Assembly: GCA_022703585.1 (NCBI GenBank)
Contig: JAKLDJ010000002.1
Coordinates: forward strand, 283,413 to 347,412
Reading direction: 5' to 3'
Source of the DNA: Candidatus Omnitrophota bacterium
GTDB taxonomy: Bacteria > Omnitrophota > Gorgyraeia > Zapsychrales > JAKLDJ01
Length of the DNA: 64,000 nt
The position numbers were made by a program, and so were the translations under genes. The notes beneath the pieces were generated by a model. The model was not told the DNA's origin and made no database searches. It was given only the letters and a program-made list of their open reading frames with translations. Of this stretch, positions 20,060 to 28,902 are shown in pieces (the first letter of the stretch is position 1; every line of letters starts with the position of its first letter).

Positions 20060-20290
20060 CTATTCGCCCGGTTTTTTCTGGCTGAATTTCCCCACAGCGA
20101 CCTTAGGCGGCCGTTTGGAAAACAGTATTCCGTCCGCTGCCGCATTGTCAAGCGTATAGCCGTCAAAAAAAAGATAAATCCGGTCCTTCGGAACCTTAGT
20201 AACTTCCGATAGAATCGTTATGAATTTATCGGCAACAATTTCTTTTTGCTCATCGGTAAGTTCTAAGGACTGGACAGTGATCGCAGGCAT
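20060..20290 (-). CDS. 4-oxalocrotonate tautomerase-family protein
   Basis: 76 aa with Pro directly after the initiator Met (MPAITVQS...). The size and beta-alpha-beta layout are typical of 4-OT family tautomerases. Confidence 0.7.
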   Translation of the reverse strand: MPAITVQSLELTDEQKEIVADKFITILSEVTKVPKDRIYLFFDGYTLDNAAADGILFSKRPPKVAVGKFSQKKPGE

Positions 20291-20321
20291 AAGTTCCCCC
20301 TTATGTTTAGTATAGGGACGT

Positions 20322-20353
20322 TCCGCCCGCGCCGCTTTAGCGGCGCGGGCGGA
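20322..20353. repeat. GC-rich perfect 14-bp stem / 4-nt loop hairpin (tccgcccgcgccgc-ttta-gcggcgcgggcgga)
   Basis: Read directly from the sequence. Lies in the 82-bp gap between the DJ-1-like gene and the tautomerase gene. No adjacent U-tract on either strand. Confidence 0.6.
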
Positions 20354-20372
20354 GCGTTATTGTTTGATACTT

Positions 20373-21146
20373 TTACTTTGCAGCAAGAACTTCAACTATC
20401 TTCTTGCCATAAGCAATTGAAGATTCGACTGATGTTCCGGTAATAAACGGCCAATCAAAACAAACTTCAGGATTGTCGCGATTAGCTTTGTAATTAGAAA
20501 CACATGTACCCTTAGGCCCTACCGCATCCCTGACCAAGTGCTCCATCGGCCAGAGAAAACCGGGGGTATGCACATCCGTACCTTTATTGTCCGGGGTTGC
20601 GCCGTACAAATCGTAGGTAAAATCCCATTCCGGGCCATAGAAATCCCATGAAGCCGGATGAGCCGCAATTCTTTTTCCCCAGATAACGCTCTTCATATCG
20701 AGCTGCGGATCACGCAAGAAAACAAGCGTAGAAACCGAATAGCACAGCGCGCCGACGAGCTTATCGGTGCGAAGCGCATCGATAATCAGTTTGTGCAGAT
20801 TCCAATTATTGGCCATGTCGATCATCGCTCCCAGGCCGCCGGTCAAGACGATGCAATCATAATTCGCCATCTTGGCATCCTTGAACTTGATCGGTTTTGA
20901 CCACTCGTTGCCGTCTGTCAACTCTTTAATGCGCTTGCAGACATCCGGCGGATTGGTCTTGGCATTAATGACCGGATCCAGGAAATCAGGATTCACGCTT
21001 ACCGCTAAGGGAAGCGGCTTCTTTCCAAGCGGTGTCGCCAGAGTAAGTTCATGGCCGGCCGCCTTGATAATATCCCACGGCGCCTGAAGCTCTTCACCCC
21101 ATGTCCCGTAATTCGTTGCGCAAATCAATACTTTCTTCTTTCCCAT
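20373..21146 (-). CDS. DJ-1/PfpI-like (class I glutamine amidotransferase-like) protein
   Basis: MGKKKVLICATNYGTWGEELQAPWDIIKAAGHELTLATP...CIVLTGGLGAMIDMANN...LVGALCYSVSTL has the layout of the DJ-1/ThiJ fold. Start moved to the internal ATG at 21146, which has an AGGAGG RBS 5 nt upstream. Confidence 0.7.
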   Translation of the reverse strand: MGKKKVLICATNYGTWGEELQAPWDIIKAAGHELTLATPLGKKPLPLAVSVNPDFLDPVINAKTNPPDVCKRIKELTDGNEWSKPIKFKDAKMANYDCIVLTGGLGAMIDMANNWNLHKLIIDALRTDKLVGALCYSVSTLVFLRDPQLDMKSVIWGKRIAAHPASWDFYGPEWDFTYDLYGATPDNKGTDVHTPGFLWPMEHLVRDAVGPKGTCVSNYKANRDNPEVCFDWPFITGTSVESSIAYGKKIVEVLAAK

Positions 21147-21166
21147 TTCTTCCTCCTTTTTGTTTT

Positions 21167-21517
21167 TTACTTTTTCTGCTGTTGACCTTTTTCCATCCAC
21201 GGAAAATCCAATTTTATCGGGCTGAATATATCGATCGCCTCTGTCTGTCCGATAGCGGTAAACTCATGCGGAACATCAGGAGGGATGAAATACGCATCTC
21301 CGGCTTCCAGCACCGAGGTTTCGTTACCGATCATCATTTTAAAACCGCCCTTGATCACATACCCGAATTGTTCTTGGGAATGCGTATGGAGCTTGACCAT
21401 ACTCTTATCAGCCATATCCCAATGCTGTGCATTCATCTTGGTGCATTCGCCCAGATACTGACGAATGACACCGCCACCCATATCCATCTTCTCTAATTTT
21501 TTCCGGTGAACAAACAT
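21167..21517 (-). CDS. cupin-domain protein
   Basis: LHTHSQEQFGYVIKGGFKMMIGNETSVLEAGDAYFIPPDVPHEF gives the two cupin motifs G(X)5HXH...G(X)5PXG(X)2H. Confidence 0.7.
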   Translation of the reverse strand: MFVHRKKLEKMDMGGGVIRQYLGECTKMNAQHWDMADKSMVKLHTHSQEQFGYVIKGGFKMMIGNETSVLEAGDAYFIPPDVPHEFTAIGQTEAIDIFSPIKLDFPWMEKGQQQKK

Positions 21518-21532
21518 GCCACCTCCCCTTTT

Positions 21533-21820
21533 TTAAATTCCTTCCAAAAAAACGGCATTGGTCACAGCAGACCCATGCCGTAGCTTCTTTGCTTCGCTAT
21601 ATTCCGGAGAATGCCACCACTGCCTTGCCTGTTCCATGCTTTTGAATTCGAGAATAATCATGCGTTTAGGAGTCCAATTCCCTTCTAAAACTTCTGTTGC
21701 GCCGCCCCGGGCCAGCGGTTTGCCGCCGTAGGCTAAGATCGTTGGCGCCCCCGCTTTTTTATATTCTTCATAACCGGCGAGATCCTTGACATCAATATCC
21801 AAAATAACGTACGCTGCCAT
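21533..21820 (-). CDS. DUF1330-domain protein
   Basis: 95 aa: MAAYVILDIDVKDLAGYEEYKKAG...YGGKPLARGG...VLEGNWTPKRMIILEFKSMEQARQWWHSPEY. This matches the DUF1330 family pattern (stress-responsive dimeric alpha+beta barrel). Confidence 0.65.
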   Translation of the reverse strand: MAAYVILDIDVKDLAGYEEYKKAGAPTILAYGGKPLARGGATEVLEGNWTPKRMIILEFKSMEQARQWWHSPEYSEAKKLRHGSAVTNAVFLEGI

Positions 21821-22387
21821 TTATTTCTTAGCCGAAAGCAATTCAATAATTTTCTGGGCAAAAAGATTGCAATGGCCACCGCTACGGGCGGTAACCAGAT
21901 CCCCGTCAACAACCACATCCTCATCGCAATACACCGCGCCCATGTTTTTGGCATCCCCAAGAAGATTATTATGCACAACCACCTTGCGTCCCTTGACTAA
22001 TTCCGGACAAGGCGCGACGAGCCACAGGCCATGGCAGATAATTCCTTTAATAATATTTTTATCGGCAAAAGCCCTTTTAAGGAATTCCGTCGCCGGAGGA
22101 AGTTTTTTGATATCTTCCGTATATCTTAAGCGGTCTGCGACCATACCCGCCGGGACAATAATGGCAGAATAACTTTTTAAAGTCGCATCGTCCATGTCAA
22201 AACTCTCCCGGCATTCAAAGGGCGCGCGGTATTCATGTCCGGAAAAAGTCAGCGCCGTCTGCCCCCAAAGACGGGTCAAAAAATGCACTTCCATTCCTTC
22301 TTCGGCAAAACGAAATTTATAATACCAAATTTCAGGCTCGTAATAATCCCCCTCGATCAAAATGCCGATTTTTTTTCCTTTAAGCAT
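21821..22387 (-). CDS. DJ-1/PfpI-family protein (cytoplasmic paralog)
   Basis: MLKGKKIGILIEGDYYEPEI...AIIVPAGM...KGIICHGLWLVAP has the nucleophile-elbow Cys. Start at the internal ATG at 22387, with an AAAGGGG RBS. Confidence 0.75.
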   Translation of the reverse strand: MLKGKKIGILIEGDYYEPEIWYYKFRFAEEGMEVHFLTRLWGQTALTFSGHEYRAPFECRESFDMDDATLKSYSAIIVPAGMVADRLRYTEDIKKLPPATEFLKRAFADKNIIKGIICHGLWLVAPCPELVKGRKVVVHNNLLGDAKNMGAVYCDEDVVVDGDLVTARSGGHCNLFAQKIIELLSAKK

Positions 22388-22388
22388 G

Positions 22389-23951
22389 CTAAACCCCTTT
22401 CGGCTTACCCTTATAGCGAACCGCAAGCATCGTGATATCGTCCGATTGCGGCGCGCCGTTGGCAAAGGCAAAGACCTCCTCGCGGACCTTTCCGATCATT
22501 TCTTTAATATCCTTGTCTTTCTGCTGCATGATGCATGCCTTGAGGCCGGATTCGGAAAACATCTTGCGCTCCAGGTTCATGGCCTCGGTCACTCCGTCGG
22601 TATATAGGAAAATAGTGTCTCCAGGATTGAGTTTATTGTTTATATTCTCGCACTTGGCATTTTCCATAACCCCCACCACAAATCCCCCCGGGACCTTGAT
22701 AAAATCAACTTCTCCGTCTTTACCGATAACTAACGGCGGGTTATGCCCGGCATTGCAATATTGCAGTTCACCGGTTTCGATGTTTAACAGCACACAGAAA
22801 ACCGTGACAAAAAGGCAGGTTTGATTATCCGGATAAAGGATGTTATTGACCCGAGCCAATGTTTCAGCAGCCGAAAATCCCTGTTTGGCCTCGGTTTTGA
22901 TAAGCGCCTTGCTGATAGCCATAAAAAGGGCTGCCGGGACTCCCTTACCCGAAACATCCCCAATAACAAAACATAAATGTTTATCGTCGACAAAGAAAAA
23001 ATCATACAGATCGCCGCCCACCTCTTTGGCCGGGTCCATCATGGCAAAAATATCAAATTCTTTTCTCTGGGGGAACACGCTGGGCAACATGCTCATCTGA
23101 ATTTCTTGAGCAATGCGCAATTCGCTTTCGATGCGTTCCCGGGCTTCGGTCTCCGCCTTAAGATTCTCCATGAAGCGCTTGATGCTTAGCTGCATCAATT
23201 CAATCGCCAACGCCGGGTCCTGGGCAAAGAATTTAATCACCTCATCCCGGCCCATAGTGTAGGCTTCGATATCTTCTTCGCATAATGCGGAGGCCGTCCG
23301 CACTTTGAAGGGAGAAAAAATCCCCATCTCTCCGATAACATCCCCTGATTTAATAAACTTATTAATTTCTACTAATTTGATAGCACCTTTTTTTATATAA
23401 AACATCCTGTCGGCTTTATCGCCCGCTTTAAAAAGAAAATCGCCTTTCTTATATGTCTCTTGTTTCATCAGATCGACGGGCCAGCGGCAGGAAGTTTGCA
23501 CGGCAGAGAGGTCTTTGATGGCGGGTTTCTGGATATTGGTCACCATGCAGCTATTAAATTTAACCAAAGTAAGAACATTCTTTCCGTTCTCTCGTCGATA
23601 TCTGACCTCATCCATGATTTTACGCATCATAAATATCCCCAGGCCGCCTATTTTTCGTTCTTCTAAAGGCGCATGGATATCCGGCTCGGGCAATGAGAGC
23701 GGATCAAAAGGGATCCCGGAATCAATAATCTCGATCTCGAAACAGTTGTCCTGGTTTACATAGGTCACGGCCAACTCGCCGTCTTTCCCGGGATAGGCGT
23801 AGTTGATGACGTTGACCAGGGCTTCCTCGCAGGCAATCTGGATCTTATTGATCTGGTCTTTGACAAAACCCTGGCGGGATGCCCCTTCCTTGATAAAGGT
23901 AAGCATCTTTTGAAGATTTTCTAATTTTGCAGAAAAGGCTAAACGTTCCAT
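22389..23951 (-). CDS. three-domain partner-switching regulator: RsbW/SpoIIAB-like HATPase kinase + cNMP-binding + PP2C (SpoIIE/RsbU-type) phosphatase
   Basis: Residues 1-130 are an anti-sigma Ser kinase fold (ACEEALVNVINYAY...IEIIDSGIPFD...GGLGIFMMRKIMDEV). The middle is CAP-family cNMP binding (FLFKAGDKADRMFYIKKGAIKLVE...GEMGIF). The C-terminus is PP2C (MLPSVFP...GGDLYDFFFVDDKHLCFVIGDVSGKGVPAALFMA...DGVTEA). Confidence 0.8.
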   Translation of the reverse strand: MERLAFSAKLENLQKMLTFIKEGASRQGFVKDQINKIQIACEEALVNVINYAYPGKDGELAVTYVNQDNCFEIEIIDSGIPFDPLSLPEPDIHAPLEERKIGGLGIFMMRKIMDEVRYRRENGKNVLTLVKFNSCMVTNIQKPAIKDLSAVQTSCRWPVDLMKQETYKKGDFLFKAGDKADRMFYIKKGAIKLVEINKFIKSGDVIGEMGIFSPFKVRTASALCEEDIEAYTMGRDEVIKFFAQDPALAIELMQLSIKRFMENLKAETEARERIESELRIAQEIQMSMLPSVFPQRKEFDIFAMMDPAKEVGGDLYDFFFVDDKHLCFVIGDVSGKGVPAALFMAISKALIKTEAKQGFSAAETLARVNNILYPDNQTCLFVTVFCVLLNIETGELQYCNAGHNPPLVIGKDGEVDFIKVPGGFVVGVMENAKCENINNKLNPGDTIFLYTDGVTEAMNLERKMFSESGLKACIMQQKDKDIKEMIGKVREEVFAFANGAPQSDDITMLAVRYKGKPKGV

Positions 23952-23958
23952 AAATTTT

Positions 23959-24279
23959 CTATTCGTTAAAAGCTTCCTGAGTGGTCATGAAGGTGTCCAG
24001 GCCGCTCATTTTAATAACATTGAGAACCCCTTCTTGCGCTCCGATCAGGAAAATGTGCGCGTCCACGCCGACTTTCTGCTTGGCAAAAATGATGACGCGC
24101 AACCCGGCGCTGGAAATATATTCCAGATCTTTTGCAAAAAATACCAGCTTTGAGATTTTTTGCCCGATATTCTTCTTTAATTCCGCCTGTAAGACTTCGG
24201 CGTTTGAGGCATCCAAACGGCCGCACAGTTCGACTTTTAAAGTTTCACCCGTACATGATACCGAAAATTTTGATTCCAT
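23959..24279 (-). CDS. STAS-domain anti-sigma-factor antagonist (SpoIIAA/RsbV-like)
   Basis: 106 aa. YISSAGLRVIIF carries the conserved phosphorylatable Ser of SpoIIAA-type STAS proteins. Confidence 0.8.
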   Translation of the reverse strand: MESKFSVSCTGETLKVELCGRLDASNAEVLQAELKKNIGQKISKLVFFAKDLEYISSAGLRVIIFAKQKVGVDAHIFLIGAQEGVLNVIKMSGLDTFMTTQEAFNE

Positions 24280-24309
24280 GAATTGTTTCTCCTTTCGAGA
24301 AAATCCGCT

Positions 24310-26442
24310 TTAACGCTTTCCTTTACCAACCAGGATAACCACTGAACGCGGCCCGACTAAGAATTCGGACTGATTCTTCAACTTAACCTCTTTGCCGACT
24401 TCCCAGATATCCTGCGGGCTAACGGCGTCAGTGTTCACAGACACATGCCACGACATCCAATCGTGAAGTTTGGGCAATTCGAAACCGCGCATCTCCCAAT
24501 GCATATTCATCGCGACATAAATCGTATTATCCTTAACCGTCCCTCCCTTGGCATGGCCTCCGCAAAGCATAAACGCCAACGTTCGAGCCTGGGCCGACCA
24601 ATCCGCATTCCAGGCCTGGGTACCATGCCAGGAAATATCGGCAAAGCCGCTGCCGGTATAATCTCTGTTTTGAAAATGGGTCCTGCTTCTTAAAACCGGA
24701 TGGGCCCGACGGAAAGCGATCATCTTGCTAAAGAAATCAAAAAGCTCCCGGTTTTTTCCCAAAAGCCCCCAGTCTATCCACGAAATCTCATTATCCTGGC
24801 AATAGGCATTATTGTTACCGAACTGGGTATTAGCCATTTCATCCCCCGAGAGGATCATCGGGGTCCCCTGGCTGGTCAGCAACATGGCAACGGCATTTTT
24901 CATCTGTTTGATACGCAGACGATTGATTCGGGGATCATCGGTTTCCCCTTCATGCCCGCAATTCCAACTGTAGTTATCATTACAGCCGTCGGAACTATTT
25001 TCTCCGTTTGCCTCATTATGTTTATCATTAAAAGAAACCATGTCCTTTAAGGTAAAGCCGTCGTGGGCCGTAATAAAGTTAACCGAAGCGCAGGCTCCTC
25101 GCATCTGTCCCTGGTATAAATCCGGCGATCCCTGCAGCCGCTGGGCCATACATCCCACCATCCCGGCATCGCCTTTTAAGAATTTTCGCAAGTCATCTCT
25201 GTATTTACCGTTCCATTCCGCCCAACGTCCCCAGGCAGGAAAACAACCGACCTGGTAAAGTCCGCCTGCATCCCAGGCCTCGGCGATCAGCTTACATTTA
25301 CCCAAAATGGGATCAAAGGCCAGGGTTTCCAAAAGCGGCGGGCTATGCATCGGGGCACCGTTTTGGTCACGGCCCAGAATAGAGGCAAGATCAAAACGAA
25401 AACCATCCACGTGATAATCGGCAGCCCAATAGCGCAAACAGTCAAGGATCATGTTGCGCACGATCGGATTGTTGCAGTTTAAGGTATTGCCGCATCCGCT
25501 AAAATTAAAGTAGTATCCGTCAGGAGTTAAAAGGTAGTAAGTTTTATTATCAATGCCGCGGTAAGAAATATAGGGCCCGCGCTCATTACCTTCGGCGGTA
25601 TGATTAAAGACAACATCTAAGATAACTTCAATGCCGTTTTTGTGAAGTTCTCTAATCAAGGTTTTACATTCGTCCACCTGCATTCCGAATTTACCGGTGG
25701 CGGCATATCCTGCCTTGGGGGCAAAGAATCCGACATTGCTGTAGCCCCAGTAATTCATCAGCATCTTTCCCGTCGTCGGGGAAGTGCGCGAATTCTCAAA
25801 TTCGTCAAATTCGTGAATCGGCATCAGCTCAACACAATTAACGCCCAGTTCCTTCAAATACGCTATCTTTTCACGGATTCCGGAAAAGGTACCGGGGTGT
25901 TTGACCCCCGAAGAGCTATGCTGGGTAAACCCGCGCACGTGCATTTCATAAATAATCAAATCTTCGATGGGGGTTTCCAGGGGGTGGTCATTTTCCCAGT
26001 CAAAATCGTCAAAGCAGATGCGGGCGCGATGCTGATACATGTCATCCCAGTTGGGCGTCTTGCCCCAGACATCCCTGCCGCCGATGACTTTGGCATACGG
26101 ATCCATAAGCACTTTAGTTTTGTCAAAACGATGTCCCTCGCGGGCGTCAAACGGCCCGTCCATATAAAAACCGTACTCAAGATTTTCATGGTCCAGGTCA
26201 AAAACCACCATGGTAAAAACATTTCCGATTCTAAACTCGTCTTTAAAAGGAATCACACAAAAAGGCTTGGGTTCATGTTTGTTAAATAGGGCCAGCTTGC
26301 ACGACGTGGCCGCGTGGGAATAGACCGAAAAATTGACCCCGCCGGGGACAATGGTGGCGCCGAAGGGCAAGGGTTTACCCATGCGCAAACGGAATTTTCC
26401 GCAGTCACAGACATGCGTCGGATGCAAGTCAACTCGATACAT
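24310..26442 (-). CDS. glgX: glycogen debranching enzyme GlgX / isoamylase (GH13, CBM48 N-terminus)
   Basis: YEMHVRGFT, GVNCVELMPIHEF, VILDVVFNHT, GFRFDLASIL and EAWD catalytic-region motifs. 710 aa. Confidence 0.85.
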   Translation of the reverse strand: MYRVDLHPTHVCDCGKFRLRMGKPLPFGATIVPGGVNFSVYSHAATSCKLALFNKHEPKPFCVIPFKDEFRIGNVFTMVVFDLDHENLEYGFYMDGPFDAREGHRFDKTKVLMDPYAKVIGGRDVWGKTPNWDDMYQHRARICFDDFDWENDHPLETPIEDLIIYEMHVRGFTQHSSSGVKHPGTFSGIREKIAYLKELGVNCVELMPIHEFDEFENSRTSPTTGKMLMNYWGYSNVGFFAPKAGYAATGKFGMQVDECKTLIRELHKNGIEVILDVVFNHTAEGNERGPYISYRGIDNKTYYLLTPDGYYFNFSGCGNTLNCNNPIVRNMILDCLRYWAADYHVDGFRFDLASILGRDQNGAPMHSPPLLETLAFDPILGKCKLIAEAWDAGGLYQVGCFPAWGRWAEWNGKYRDDLRKFLKGDAGMVGCMAQRLQGSPDLYQGQMRGACASVNFITAHDGFTLKDMVSFNDKHNEANGENSSDGCNDNYSWNCGHEGETDDPRINRLRIKQMKNAVAMLLTSQGTPMILSGDEMANTQFGNNNAYCQDNEISWIDWGLLGKNRELFDFFSKMIAFRRAHPVLRSRTHFQNRDYTGSGFADISWHGTQAWNADWSAQARTLAFMLCGGHAKGGTVKDNTIYVAMNMHWEMRGFELPKLHDWMSWHVSVNTDAVSPQDIWEVGKEVKLKNQSEFLVGPRSVVILVGKGKR

Positions 26443-26789
26443 TATGCCTCCTTTTTGAATGCCTCTAACGCTGCGGCAACGGATTCAAAAGACTTAAAGA
26501 AATTATTAAAGCCGGTCATCTCCATCACGTCCTTGATTTCAGCCGAAAGCCCGCTAAGGGCCAGGATGCCGTTTTGGGTCGAAAGCTGCTTGGCCGCCAT
26601 CAATAAAAGGCGCAGGCCAGCGCTGGAAATATAGCTGCACTCTTTCAGATCCAACACCAGCGAGATCTTATCCGAAGACAAAAAAGGCAGAATCTTTTCC
26701 TGGGCTTCATTAACGGTATTTCCGTCTAGGCTACCGGATAGCTGAATAATCGTGGCGCCGTCTTTGGTAGTAGTTTTTATCTCCATCAC
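26442..26789 (-). CDS. STAS-domain anti-sigma-factor antagonist (second paralog)
   Basis: 115 aa with YISSAGLRLLLMAA. A 1-nt overlap with the glgX start suggests translational coupling. Confidence 0.8.
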   Translation of the reverse strand: MMEIKTTTKDGATIIQLSGSLDGNTVNEAQEKILPFLSSDKISLVLDLKECSYISSAGLRLLLMAAKQLSTQNGILALSGLSAEIKDVMEMTGFNNFFKSFESVAAALEAFKKEA

Positions 26790-26797
26790 TCTCTCCT

Positions 26798-28618
26798 TTA
26801 CCCGACAGGGACAAGCCGGACTTTGATCTTCGGCCTGTAATTTAAATTCGGCAGGTTCACGGTTAATTTCTCGGCGTCAAAATTCTTCCAGGGATTACCA
26901 TCAATCCAAACTTCCGATATGCGCACGCTGCCCTTGGGGAGAATATCCGGCTCGACCCGCAGCACATCACCGGGGAAACCCTGCGGCAAAGGCTTGAAAT
27001 AAAGATCCAGCGGTTTTTTGGTATACAGCAAATTCTGGTATATTTGAGCCAAATAACAAAGTTCGATAGAATGGTAACAGGCCATGGAATGGCTGCCTTT
27101 AAGCCGTTCGGTCCCCAGTAAAAACGGCAGGCCGTTGTTGAGCACGTTAAAATATACCGCGCCGTCGTCATGATCAAGATAAAAGGCATTGTAGAAAGAC
27201 GCCGATTCGCGCCCAAGCCGCAGGTATTCGGGGTCTTTGAGTACGCCGTGCATGATCATATAGGCAAGAATAGCCTGTTCCTGCTGCCACCAGGCTTTAC
27301 GGTCATGCCAGACATGGCGATGCCACGTCTCGCCGGGAGCAAGTTCGCGCTCCATCACGTCATACCATCCGCCGCGCTGCACGTCCATGCCGACGGTCGG
27401 CATGATCTGGGCGATCTTTTTTGCAAAATCGACATATTCCTTCTTGGCCACCAAGCTGTTGATCCTTAAAAGGTTCCAGGCAATCTTCAGGTTGTGCCCG
27501 ATAACGCCTCGATTCTGCTGCCATCCCCAGGTCTTGTCGTGGCTCCAGTCTTCGTGAAATTTTTCCTGGACAAACGGACTATGCTCGTAATCCGGGAAAT
27601 ATTTAGCAATACAATCCGCGGTACTGACGAGAAAATCACGGTATTTCGGATCGCCCGTCGCTAACCATAGATTGATCAGATACGCCGGGGCATGGTCTCC
27701 GAGAGAGTTCCAATTTTTACGCGCCTTATTCCTTCCTAAGGATTCACTGCGAGGATCTAACTTAAGAGGATCAATATGCGAAAAATAACCGCCGTTTTTC
27801 TTATCCAGAAAAAAACGGTCAAACAAATCAATGGTCATCTTAATATCTTTCATGATCGCCGGATCGCCGCTAATGCGATAGGTCTGGGTAGGGCCGGCCA
27901 AAGCATAAATCTGCTCGTACATCGGAACTCCGTCATAATCATCGCCAAATTCGGAGGCAAATACTTTATGTTCACGGTCATGCTTGACATCAATGCCGTG
28001 ATACCAATAAATAATATTCTCGTCGGTATCATAGAAACGCATGTGGTCGCGCAGATATTGCGTTCCTTTTTCCGCCGCCTCCAGAAACCGGTCTTCTCCG
28101 GTCAACAAAAACGCTGAGGCCATCCCGTAAACCATGCGCGAGATTGTATCCGTTTCCTGGCGGTGTTCGGGTTTACGTTCCCCGGTCAAAGAAAGCATGG
28201 TGCGATAATTTTTGTAATCAATATTCTGCGGGCCGCCAAATTCGGCTTTAATATAGAAATCGGCGATACTGACCGCCTGCTTAACCCACCAATCAGCCTC
28301 TTCAAAGCGATACTGGCCTACGCCTTCTCCCGGAAAAACCAGGACTTTAGCGTCAAAATCAAAACCCTTCTTCTCGGGATAGTAGATCCCCAGGATAAAA
28401 AGATACTGGCCTTTGACCAATAACTTATCGAGTTTGCCGGTATAATCACACCAGCCTTCGTGAAGATTGCGCGGCCCCTTAGCATAAGCGGTCTGGGTCA
28501 GCCGGGCAGAAAATTCACGGCCGTCGGTAGTCTTAAGCCCAAGCACTCTTTTCTTAGAGTCGTAACTCGTTACGTAACCTGCGATTGTGTCAGAAAACTC
28601 GAATTTAATCTCGTTCAT
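26798..28618 (-). CDS. (alpha/alpha)6-barrel enzyme, N-acylglucosamine 2-epimerase (AGE)-superfamily-like, with extra N- and C-terminal domains
   Basis: The central about 400 aa are rich in W/Y/H-bearing helical hairpins (YWYHGIDVKHD, WNSLGDHAPAYLINLW, WHDRKAWWQQEQAI). This is consistent with a six-hairpin glycosidase/AGE fold. Assignment by pattern only. Confidence 0.4.
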   Translation of the reverse strand: MNEIKFEFSDTIAGYVTSYDSKKRVLGLKTTDGREFSARLTQTAYAKGPRNLHEGWCDYTGKLDKLLVKGQYLFILGIYYPEKKGFDFDAKVLVFPGEGVGQYRFEEADWWVKQAVSIADFYIKAEFGGPQNIDYKNYRTMLSLTGERKPEHRQETDTISRMVYGMASAFLLTGEDRFLEAAEKGTQYLRDHMRFYDTDENIIYWYHGIDVKHDREHKVFASEFGDDYDGVPMYEQIYALAGPTQTYRISGDPAIMKDIKMTIDLFDRFFLDKKNGGYFSHIDPLKLDPRSESLGRNKARKNWNSLGDHAPAYLINLWLATGDPKYRDFLVSTADCIAKYFPDYEHSPFVQEKFHEDWSHDKTWGWQQNRGVIGHNLKIAWNLLRINSLVAKKEYVDFAKKIAQIMPTVGMDVQRGGWYDVMERELAPGETWHRHVWHDRKAWWQQEQAILAYMIMHGVLKDPEYLRLGRESASFYNAFYLDHDDGAVYFNVLNNGLPFLLGTERLKGSHSMACYHSIELCYLAQIYQNLLYTKKPLDLYFKPLPQGFPGDVLRVEPDILPKGSVRISEVWIDGNPWKNFDAEKLTVNLPNLNYRPKIKVRLVPVG

Positions 28619-28685
28619 TTCTTTCTCCCATTTTTAAAGGAAACCTTTATTGAAAAACAGTATTTTGGACGCATAAACAACAAAA

Positions 28686-28713
28686 AAAGATGAGTTAATA
28701 ATAACTCATCTTT
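28686..28713. promoter_or_regulatory. perfect 12-bp inverted repeat AAAGATGAGTTA-ataa-TAACTCATCTTT (candidate operator)
   Basis: Read directly from the sequence. Lies in the divergent 284-bp intergenic region, 68 bp upstream of the AGE-like gene start and 190 bp upstream of the Rrf2 gene. Confidence 0.5.
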
Positions 28714-28865
28714 AAAAAAACCGATAATTTCCGGCTAAACTTTTTAATCAAGAAACCCATCGATGACCGCCCCCGTAGATGCCTATTTTTCCTGAATGCC
28801 TAAAAAGGTTTAGGTATTATAACATTTTATTGGAATTACACAAGAATTTTAGCAATACCCTGCGG

Positions 28866-28893
28866 TTGACAAAAAGGCATTATTCTCTATAAT
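28866..28893 (+). promoter_or_regulatory. sigma70-type promoter (TTGACA-16 nt-TATAAT) giving a leaderless or near-leaderless Rrf2 mRNA
   Basis: Consensus hexamers at 28866-28871 and 28888-28893. The ATG at 28903 is only about 9 nt after the -10 element. Confidence 0.55.
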
Positions 28894-28902
28894 AGGGGTG
28901 TC

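Noticed and set aside
20322-20353. Considered calling the GC hairpin a rho-independent terminator
   Set aside because: There is no U-tract within 10 nt on either strand, and it lies inside a co-directional gene run. It is kept as an unexplained hairpin instead.
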